Source: a virus. From it: DNA of 64,000 bases. Below are positions 18,501-21,295 of this stretch, piece by piece. Every line of letters starts with the position of its first letter. Within the stretch, counting starts at the first letter, position 1. Under the pieces are notes generated by a model, which saw only the letters and a list, made by a program, of their open reading frames with translations, searched no databases and was not told where the DNA came from. The stretch is from IMG/VR virus record IMGVR_UViG_3300042389_001478, positions 64,001 to 128,000 of that record. The stretch is one strand, 5' to 3'. Position numbers and translations under genes: made by a program.

Positions 18501-21279
18501 CCCGTTTAATTTAAATGATATTGCTGATAAAAATCCAGCAAAAGTGGGATACTCAACATCAGCAGAAGAACGATATATGGAAAGATGGAAGAAAACACAT
18601 ACCGACTTACTAGCAGACCCGTCAGAAGGTCCTGGTATGTTGGGTGCTCCGTTTCATGAAAGATTTTCAGCTGGCTTAAATATGCTTGCTGATATTGGTT
18701 CAGCAAAAATGGCTGGAGCAAAAGCTACAGGAGCAAGAGGTCAAAAATTTGCTAGTGTGCCAAGATCAGGCAGATCCATGAGGAAACCACCGACCTCTAT
18801 AGTGAAACCAAGTGCTCCTTCTGTAGGAGATCTTAAAGCTCTGCAATATAGTCAAGAAAATATACCAAATTTATTAGGAGATGGAGAGAGACCATTATTT
18901 AGTAAAGATTTTCCAAAAACCGTTAAACCAAAAGATATTGAAGCAAAATTAGCCCAAGATAGAACTGAAATAGAAAGTATAGCAAAATTACTCTCTGAAA
19001 GACTAGGAAGACCGGTTGATCCAGTGGAAGCTAAGGATATGTTAGTTAAAAGAATGACTGATATGATGATTGAAGCTAAGTCTGGCGAAGATAATATGAA
19101 AGGTAGAACTGTTGATAGTAAAACATTTATAATATCTTCTTCACAAGGAAGAACTAATCGAGCTTTTGTAGAAGCGTCTCCTAAAGCATCATTATTACGC
19201 AAAATAGCCTCAAAACTATCTTTTGGTAAAATAGATAGATTATCTCCAAAACAACAATTAGATAGAGACGAACTATTTGCCATACAACGAATACAGAGTT
19301 ATATGTATGATCAGTTACATCCTGAAAGAATGGGTGGTTTAATTATTCCTTCTCGTAAACTATCTTTTGCTGAAGCTTATGATGAAATAGATTCATTACA
19401 ACCAGGAAAATATGGTTATTTCAAAGGGCTAACTGAACCCGGAGGCAAAGCATTAAAAAATCTTCTATCCAGCGGAAGAATAGATAAAGAAACATTGATG
19501 ACTCAACGTAAACAAGTATCAGATAAGTTAATATCTGAAGGTAAATTAGATCCACAAGATCTACCAGAAGCAAGAATGGCGGAAGACCCCACAAAATCTC
19601 AAATGATAATGCAGAGAGTAAACAGAAATTCTGATATGATAATTAGATATCAAGGAAATGATGTCAGATTAAATCCAGATATTTTAAAATTAGCAGATAA
19701 AGGTGTCTACCAGTCACCCGTAACCACAAATGATCCACAACAACAAATATACCCTACATCTCCATTAGATTTTTATCAGAAATTTATGGCTCCACAGAAT
19801 AAATCATCTGGTGGTGTAATTTATGCTTCAACAGGAACATTAGTAAATTATCAGCCTCGTGGCACCGACACAGTACCCGCAATGCTTACGCCCGGTGAGT
19901 TTGTTGTAAACAGAGCCTCTACTCAAAAACACCTTCCACTATTACAATCTATTAATAGTGGGAACTATGAAAATGGCGGAATAGTATCATACTATCGAAG
20001 AGGTGGTCGTATTACTGCAGCAGAACTAGCATCAAATAGAAGAGAATATTTAGATCGCAAAAAAGCAGAGAAAAAGCAAAGAGATGATGATAAAAAAGCT
20101 AGAGAAGATAATTTTGCAGCAGCACGACAACAACAGATTGAAGACCGTAGAGCTAGATCTACAAGTGGCATCTCTGTGCAAACCAGGGGCGGGTCCTATG
20201 CTCGATCTGCAATGAGTTCTAGTCAAGCACAACCAAACCAACCACAACAAACAGCACAGAGCACCATAGCACAAGCTATTATCAATGTGGCTCAAGCAGC
20301 TATAAATATTGCAAATGCTACTACTAGTTCTAGCTCCTCTAATAATAATCAAACCGGCACTCCGTCTTATATGACTAGTAGTATTAATGGACCAAGAACT
20401 CAACGAACTCAGGATTTCTTTGAAGCTAGAAGAATAAATAGAAACAGCAGAGAACAAGAAGAGAATGACAGAACATTATATAGAAGAAGAAATCGCAGGC
20501 CATCAGACACAACAGCTTATAGTAATGCTTTAGCTAGTAGAAATACTCCCGTGGCTGCTAATAATCAAAATTCCCCAGCACAAAATAGCATATTCGGTAA
20601 CTTGCTACAAGCCATACAAAGCATGTTTGGATCGGCCCAAACAGCAACGAGAGGTGCACAGAATCAACAAACTGGAACACCAAGATATCTAACAAGCTCT
20701 ATCAATACTCCCGGCGTTCAGCGAACACAAGAATTCTTTGAGATGAGAAGAATTAACCAAGAAGCTCAACAGGCTGAAAGAGACAGAAGAAATCAAAGAG
20801 CTGCAGTGGCACAAGCGGCCAATAGTCCAAATGTTCCATCTGGCCAAAATCCAGCACAAAATAATAACATATGGACAGTATTAAATAATAATGCTCTCCA
20901 ATTTAGTAATGCTTTAAATACAGCTACCACCGCTTTAAACACAGCCTCCGCCGCGATACAGCAATATAATCAACAATTGGCTGGTGGTGTATCTAATAAA
21001 GGAAACCCTGATAAAACCAATCTTGATGGAATTAGCCTATTTACAAGCACATTCCAATCATTTATTGATCAATTGAAAAATATTAATCCGGTAATAAATA
21101 TGAGAGGAAATCATACAGTAACAGTAAATTTCGGTTCTGGTGCAGATGTTTTTGCAAGAATGGAAGGAAGAGTTAAGGAGTTTGTTATTGATCAAATTAA
21201 TGCCGGATTAAATAATGTAAATACTACACTAAGAGATAGCACCGAAGGCTCTATTGATAATGTTCGAAATTTAGCTTAA
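580..21279 (+). CDS. Giant (6,899 aa) tail tape measure protein with embedded effector/enzyme cassettes
   Basis: Uninterrupted ORF with GAGG RBS. TP901-type tape-measure core (AFIEYDQQLTRISQVTG...INAVAAKFAVEASDIITAIQRTGG), hydrophobic segments, long Ala/Gln/Arg-rich helical stretches, TMP-type GTDTVPAMLTPGEFVVN motifs, and position ahead of tail/baseplate genes. Confidence 0.92.
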   Translation: MAKGFNLTAEINLRGPSNIRSVVADIKRQVGSVSVDVSPTLNRASVRTIANDIRRQIGNLSAEINVRANAGSIRNLSRDIRQRLGTLTADVQVRADASSIRRSVANIRSQFRNISTNVAVSASPSSIRQASSAIRRQLGNINANVRVNVSAGSVRQAAANIRRQLGSINTTVNVGINAASLRGIGAYTANLTRLNATLAQTTITATNAAGAIATLTAAMGAAGRVNLGQINVNLGNAGNAARNTANNIQLAGNEIENFGRQAGLAIRRFAAFSVVTGVVFGITNAFKNGVSAFIEYDQQLTRISQVTGDAKESLGKINSTISELSTSLGVSSKELAATSVTLAQAGLTARDTETALKALALSALAPSFDDMNQTVEGSIALMRQFGISSKELEGSLGSINAVAAKFAVEASDIITAIQRTGGVFAAAGKGVSEGTNALNEFIAVFTSIRATTRESAETIATGLRTIFTRIQRADTIEALKEFGVTLTDLEGKFVGPYIAVQRLSEGLSKLDPRDLSFSRIVEELGGFRQIGKVLPLIQQFATAQDALRVAQQGQGSLSADAAKGQMALAIQIAKVREEFLALIRSVGNTDSFQNMVKVGLDLASALIKVADAAKGLIPLVGLFAAFRGAQAITQFAGGFGRGFRGAPTQRASEGGPIRHFASGGYVPGFGNGDTVSAKLTPGEFVMSKPAVRSIGVGNLSRMNKGDRASKFDKGGPVTVSALLTRSGGPSIRNAINTTNLEPDDTVSINIVPKQVPLNQTDFLNIWLRGNSSAKKGTGKFKNYAGINVSQENRDRLKNLAGKNTKQQQEIKRGYGAGISEQVSMLQSAEGRWGLAYEEFLINKLRANWTKASSKNNYPVDLVQKLTNNSIKRIGEVKFRTTPTEDIDLISKLLRYRIERGSINRYFRENEEIPKDLDKNIGSLDYFWAGNYKKQFYKFIEERQKIQAPGFVRAAAGGQIQRFPRGGNVQKLANVGVTKEKKQTNINETAAQALLEQNAGKSPVIRRILSKPKAGRDFAQILKKQGVTIPPFPKFVGSGMANAVFDIGNKKMLKVSLTGFGDNMMAGNFFGENVAEKMGMTGNYQLPMGVPGVAGYSSHIDAGVLSSAIQDKAVMKIKGRSKNKDANELIKRLRKQEGLTGIDLHNDNIGYRYNPKTKKQEPAIIDGLVVHDDKLPPGFDFSNRFKIGGEVQRFPIGGEVRRTKKERYKKISVADAEKLSASQIITGLTTGQSAPARVGGMDVVTMRKILGQRNRTPDDQRKRDEILNAYTRRINGEVDQRLGVTKQRQTAGLLFGIAGLYGSPFAPTDMVVGDKGELTKPTTVQVMGGVPRKKLMDRANLSINDLDIYGKDFKKSVKKGAKRLLVSDILSQLGLGKALYADFDRTLVFGADDLPDIQSFNDKRKVGRQLLSKKARLSVLGQKLRDLLVAKPQLTPSVKILTARPRSTLGLLQAFLRRQNLNIPSSQFTGVGGNNLNEAAIAKLKAAELPSGSVLVDDNAKNIRAAELKSKALKAQGEAGITTFRYKSARSPLDKPGEDTAAGLAFQESLRGLLSEKRAVAAFAETGGKSIDFPLGLGRRAALFGLKPNIPTDAKRTLTGPSTAKENITNYLKARSYSAGGDIQKFPQGGTPSPGGHSSNIVPALVSTGEAYFPPEEAKNIGLDKLRKMNQADRNGMKSFARGGVSVFRGPGSGTSDSIGPIGLPVGSFIVRAAATKALGLSSGGSVGNVQKFAAGGAAQRLFVGGLLNPPPAARPDLGGMNDSEARRVVGVVNSVNQQLGQLAGVLEELGVASGDTARLMQRGSQATYAQAIQATEADIRRARIAGASAQQIAAAESVLRDIRQQADRDIRARRASVDTPGGARASLGSLGGQDLQRIDSRADQLRQQMMETERNRLQNQTVTRGGRTTARYSNEQVEERLQRRAGRFNRQSYEQATTQVTGGRVDLGAVGLTGDDAQRYIQQSMRDRNTLAQMDRAYIPRRAAQIRQQLEAERGVGATARERAALARQALRMAEQEARDRANTARAAARAAGAAGPGGGPESGMARSMGMAFGLQMVGSLLAQQINPESSSSNAQISAGLQGGTNMLATGTMIGSGVMEMFPAMTRLLGPITILTTVALAAGQALIDARNAAIEFEKKLADKRVQDAMERVGQGFDKLSKNIKDIKIQDDITNNLIEASRNVRKSVEADKTTAKAFWANITDVFTSNTSSNLAEAAQNVYNSKPAAGRTDADRNALAAVTINTQAAAASRSKILEKEGVSAYLSTTSMGQFLSGAGSQSSSRAEERRSSLSLGMIPETAREDSKKYVEVAQSMQRIIEDKLRSGLSVRELLTAPKHEFEQIARTMAMADQATHANILAIQQDTNLTTAEKEAKIKNIATLYAEDKIRKSAKSVDTEKASKNFEKNINNMSRSLERMFQNMDQAIERTSFSLRQMSQDMDLISASLGGQAKTGDTSLKSMNILQNPRAYGGLETNAARDQASSFFTGERNLVKGLLSVGDNLETSIMSSINKTLTDNPAASNEQIGINIEKQVTKQIAKLQLPPDVGNKLGEQVKTALDEMRKRGDENLNFDDLMEKIPGLSKVLESGKRAQESALKALEHWQSSLNSYSEKINQLIDLQIDTNERLRRSSELVIRGNMEVSRALGKDVSVSSVRSARNVGIAQQTGGLTDADAIAKNIMSLEGQRRSLESSANSAGNRGLAGANDFVKFKSGLLDTNVALRENIAALKSLAENGDVASAALGKIQEAQQKQASKVGFIEKLVTSTPEEVNSLERAMARLQNNINGQLNTINNSVGAQKAYNDAIAQGATNAEAMSAAQVAFAGERKETLGALNDLLPFLSNNQQGNNIKANVLESMARESGVGINPMMQEVINSLRNPQADPQTQAAMQQYQQAISEQARANTLLAQLNSTLANDIATKSAAALSQALTGASIKFQSSQLDDIAKNVRSISLRGGDQPVPAAGKANGGMIYAAAGTMVNFQPKGTDTVPAMLTPGEFVVNRAATSRNLPLLQSINSGGYSKGGSVNYYSSGGYVSSVFKSEYLDSKNLENSEKQYIDPEDKIIKDIISGDDKPFMIRSGWKNFTRLQSPANQYHSAQFKKTYVGRVGGYFGFGLDETNDKIPFETSGKLVPGSAPIIDINSIDGEYVYKNTPPPNLWPAGNRELGYLLSDRKFNTKNIAKNDLSKYRDIINGLISVVPPGRVWGTDPSSFEFSSPDDLSGGQSGFPYNPNLSSAKPVGLILSRGATDIGQQATESTDGIQKIFNNSRAFTGQSEEASDRAGNTTRIYGDIQGTVSAGKLTNAAKLAQRGFINDVPTDNDTFKWITETKKISELRDTQKENLSLLKNTTTDIFGNKINWLKNTEKNNKLISLQQKLQKIYEGGSLIEDLDVSERELIDNTQLRLDDASGKFSLLSKQLEPQLAKRVAELSSRPIDQQLPKDKENARIATLTRIGGAAGWADGDPFPINFSENGLTKPTVSFPWIANIEPEFFLQNIKEQQEQQAKDRASGKDYGFNISSLGLQPYAAKLPAPLDKVSFNYKAAYTKYSGRLFDLRQKELDNTRPLNDAFIIDPKHDDALNIFKNANFPDKSFFTGFPGPYQPQDLAKRISVKDPQSILDYMQALRNNDPNADALAGKINGVSLALGPALLKVMNDKPLYLPDDLYYGIDNTFQNLDISPFVVASAKDAAGQLGRLAKEKSSQINTPGSKTQSISEADLGPTVQRIAQASLGIFGRRPGIPSGYLYSQFGRALSNISDPIKAKNTASGISGVFSNLVKQIHGMAPRNSREFAALRDSNILATGASAVFNKLASGSTNYIKSFLGGGSSIENLFRSLGSGSFFNEMGSQQFSEDFTKQLGADLKGSKLAKIGADGSIDLTDMNEQDVPKNYQGLVDLAINPYHEFGNRSVRQGIFQKLMTDIPNFRANHNVTDPKTGTILEKRQTQLPLFGPAALKMIMTNLNNLSQWYGGNGAWAGQDYLNENDPATTPNERAEFLASNFDGALYTTATEAHRQLGGLANFGDIPNREWLMARGQAKMPDMKPVVKLATGGMVYASNGQYVNFQPRGTDTVPAMLTPGEFVVNRSATQQNLPLLRAINNGADAYSMGGVVYAAGGFDPSRMAQGAYPSQSTSPKPSMWSRMFGARNPGAFRPRGMFPTFGGAVGHMENGLHKAFVRTSGWAGRQVGDVGRAFGNIGHAPIRPTAILNQLTQWQAAQQGAMFPASTSGAAYQRMQQNVLKQLAQYSSAATNYNASNTLLARAGRGATSLATKAVGGTAAFNSGINILTEGSSALYGFGNAALGGRNTYVDSRREQAAQTNNTILGGAATGFMSPITTMAQMGFTVAELNETRRRASKGESLNSEGRKISVSNIANRQYSGDERHLSGLTAVEATYIRQIINLEKALAKEKVGTKRYDQLQQNLNDAKSRNVTEKTRGMLWGTTKTTSRKAGLSSGDDVLDKAIDQHREYEVRLEAQRVAQAAAEKAEEARLKAQQQQAEAQNRTRAAVTVVSNAGQAAYNFGVSMFNKFKEDRKNAINADRSKRTAAASQYLDKPAVPDLIKDSQTFRDERQAAIDEVRRLDGVYQQESQLNKNRGDSEAELKRLKDSYDKEREAALAAVAKVDSKIIDRNKEAEKLSPDERQAAWKSYNDNQAKTAKDEALAQARYQSRVAKTQLKKQADGQLAIAEITRVPRPTKDMNPESFFRWSENARKTLNRKFKLSGNDEKDMAILSAAGLSPEIAKEVIQPISKENSSLLLEMMSTSGKYSKQELGLLQLSGDQIEQLTRASSGMGGSATAQMTLDERNKVLKKQRGLAVKTQKQLSRIEKQIEAAERLGPEGRIRRQSAIQQQLLRQGLVSASQDGPANQARLEQLGMNKERVGFIFQQQGNQQGAPANGMSNGGVVYAAGGTLIPYSPRGTDTVPAMLTPGEFVVNAKATSQNLPLLQSINKSSGGVIYRAEGGGSDAFSNRQPTSSAEKSGSIRATELNTRLQQQIANNTKNTADTVPTIAKITSETANKQIPTLSNKTSSLEQNNAKAFSNINTKATDINKITSTIPQFDKTANEKLDELLRRTEGLPETVAQIVTLIIGDIQQRQPGGNFAGFGLNQGPNAIQAINDAIRNRFDNILNAAALQMGRGFSSGGMVYASNGMMIPYEPRGTDTVPAMLTPGEFVVNRVATQANLPLLQAINKSKGGNIKKLAEGGVVYAATGGTMPTKPDGSADTNFDARKAQRKASLERQIRTQEEKEFKKLGILYNDTTDKEDIIQALKKQTQPYPYPLNIDYYLRQFSRDKAFDIDLKRFPRISEAAKSILAKQEQPKANPFDMGQQPAATPQSLSRGGVVYASGGGEMTKIPEPPIAMPFGFAPQKGFAVPLDKTKAIQAHQQSEKYPDPFTPEADRAWRQFDLSPVESMADDAHEFLQEKLGGNKQIPLNGPPMPFGVGPRARHMDNTVAGQLQGLYYSLIPDNTKGGQGLENYLDQYKNHFAPNAPYGAQPILPNKDSLMPQMKAKGGVVYAQEGFDPSRPLNPMMNRQGKGSASTLTSSPISNFNNEKLAEEGKAFMYGAAKSVLPGLAGLGAGLLGLPTTGPGGFAIGLGAGTAVYQAQENYLNAFAPETNRQMKDITEEHWQASLLGSIASGFGVDKAGRKLLSPFMKNTLRMPATLPNNNASVRPDIKSASQEAMEEFSLRSRPAASAPLDVPKADKALPLLRSLEEKGVIKTTQSSSTSKFNSDNRRDLYQIDQILYHGTGHTIDDIDPSKGGGILGGGFYTGFEGHEGIAARFAAMGKANKHVYPVRVSGGIGDFPEATETLGGNSKILSVIEKLFTEQNLSRQTRQFSGKWGKTGPIYDNVDLNLKDMTFKDVVDLLKNRYSETIKKTLEQENGISLSKISPQEIATRADKLGEEQVRQLLVKAGIPGAKDTTGKLSGTGEPMVSIYDQSRLSKEGKPFVPNSLKPQMKANGGVIYAQDGMRIPFNLNDIADKNPAKVGYSTSAEERYMERWKKTHTDLLADPSEGPGMLGAPFHERFSAGLNMLADIGSAKMAGAKATGARGQKFASVPRSGRSMRKPPTSIVKPSAPSVGDLKALQYSQENIPNLLGDGERPLFSKDFPKTVKPKDIEAKLAQDRTEIESIAKLLSERLGRPVDPVEAKDMLVKRMTDMMIEAKSGEDNMKGRTVDSKTFIISSSQGRTNRAFVEASPKASLLRKIASKLSFGKIDRLSPKQQLDRDELFAIQRIQSYMYDQLHPERMGGLIIPSRKLSFAEAYDEIDSLQPGKYGYFKGLTEPGGKALKNLLSSGRIDKETLMTQRKQVSDKLISEGKLDPQDLPEARMAEDPTKSQMIMQRVNRNSDMIIRYQGNDVRLNPDILKLADKGVYQSPVTTNDPQQQIYPTSPLDFYQKFMAPQNKSSGGVIYASTGTLVNYQPRGTDTVPAMLTPGEFVVNRASTQKHLPLLQSINSGNYENGGIVSYYRRGGRITAAELASNRREYLDRKKAEKKQRDDDKKAREDNFAAARQQQIEDRRARSTSGISVQTRGGSYARSAMSSSQAQPNQPQQTAQSTIAQAIINVAQAAINIANATTSSSSSNNNQTGTPSYMTSSINGPRTQRTQDFFEARRINRNSREQEENDRTLYRRRNRRPSDTTAYSNALASRNTPVAANNQNSPAQNSIFGNLLQAIQSMFGSAQTATRGAQNQQTGTPRYLTSSINTPGVQRTQEFFEMRRINQEAQQAERDRRNQRAAVAQAANSPNVPSGQNPAQNNNIWTVLNNNALQFSNALNTATTALNTASAAIQQYNQQLAGGVSNKGNPDKTNLDGISLFTSTFQSFIDQLKNINPVINMRGNHTVTVNFGSGADVFARMEGRVKEFVIDQINAGLNNVNTTLRDSTEGSIDNVRNLA
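631..1116 (+). repeat. Six tandem 27-aa (81-bp) Arg-rich repeats at the TMP N-terminus
   Basis: Units start at 631, 712, 793, 874, 955, 1036; consensus S[IV]R..a..IR.QlG.i.a.V.V.a... Confidence 0.9.
1450..2300 (+). other. Phage tail tape-measure core domain (TP901/PhageMin_Tail-like)
   Basis: F..YD..L..I..VTG...I.ELS..LGVSS.ELA.....LAQAG...A...L.ALA pattern typical of this domain. Confidence 0.85.
3073..3380 (+). other. PD-(D/E)xK nuclease-like domain inside TMP
   Basis: WGLAYEEFL (helix Glu) ... NYPVD (Asp at 3157) ... IGEVKF (E 3202, K 3208). Confidence 0.65.
3676..4090 (+). other. Protein-kinase-like domain inside TMP
   Basis: Gly-rich loop VGSGMANAVF (3682-), beta3 Lys in MLKV (3736), catalytic loop DLHNDN (4003-4020), Mg-binding IIDG (Asp at 4072). 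Confidence 0.75.
4708..5130 (+). other. HAD-superfamily phosphatase domain inside TMP
   Basis: Motif I LYADFDRTL (DxDxT, 4720-4734), motif II ILTAR (4900), candidate motif III Lys in AKLKAA, motif IV VLVDDNAKNI (5065-5070). Confidence 0.85.
5200..5420 (+). other. Second, compact restriction-endonuclease-fold-like domain inside TMP
   Basis: GLAFQE ... SIDFP ... PTDAKRT matches an E...D...(D/E)xK spacing, with Gln at the usual Glu position. Confidence 0.4.
9472..9627 (+). repeat. TMP linker repeat copy 1 (GG..YA..G...GTDTVPAMLTPGEFVVN...LPLL..IN)
   Basis: KANGGMIYAAAGTMVNFQPKGTDTVPAMLTPGEFVVNRAATSRNLPLLQSIN. Confidence 0.95.
12715..12870 (+). repeat. TMP linker repeat copy 2
   Basis: LATGGMVYASNGQYVNFQPRGTDTVPAMLTPGEFVVNRSATQQNLPLLRAIN. 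Confidence 0.95.
15268..15423 (+). repeat. TMP linker repeat copy 3
   Basis: MSNGGVVYAAGGTLIPYSPRGTDTVPAMLTPGEFVVNAKATSQNLPLLQSIN. Confidence 0.95.
15991..16146 (+). repeat. TMP linker repeat copy 4
   Basis: FSSGGMVYASNGMMIPYEPRGTDTVPAMLTPGEFVVNRVATQANLPLLQAIN. Confidence 0.95.
17809..18410 (+). other. ADP-ribosyltransferase-like domain (His-type, polyvalent-protein ART-like) inside TMP
   Basis: ILYHGT (His at 17818) ... IDPSKGGGILGGGFYTG ... IAARFA ... HVYPVRV, then a helical insert, then AGIPGAKD ... GEPMVSIYDQSRL. Confidence 0.75.
19801..19956 (+). repeat. TMP linker repeat copy 5
   Basis: KSSGGVIYASTGTLVNYQPRGTDTVPAMLTPGEFVVNRASTQKHLPLLQSIN. Confidence 0.95.
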
Positions 21280-21295
21280 AACAAGGTATACTATA

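Noticed and set aside
20341-20760. Duplicated segments (and the TMP linker repeats) as DGR template/variable repeats
   Set aside because: Mismatches are largely synonymous third-position changes rather than adenine-specific, both copies are in frame in one gene, and there is no reverse transcriptase in the window.
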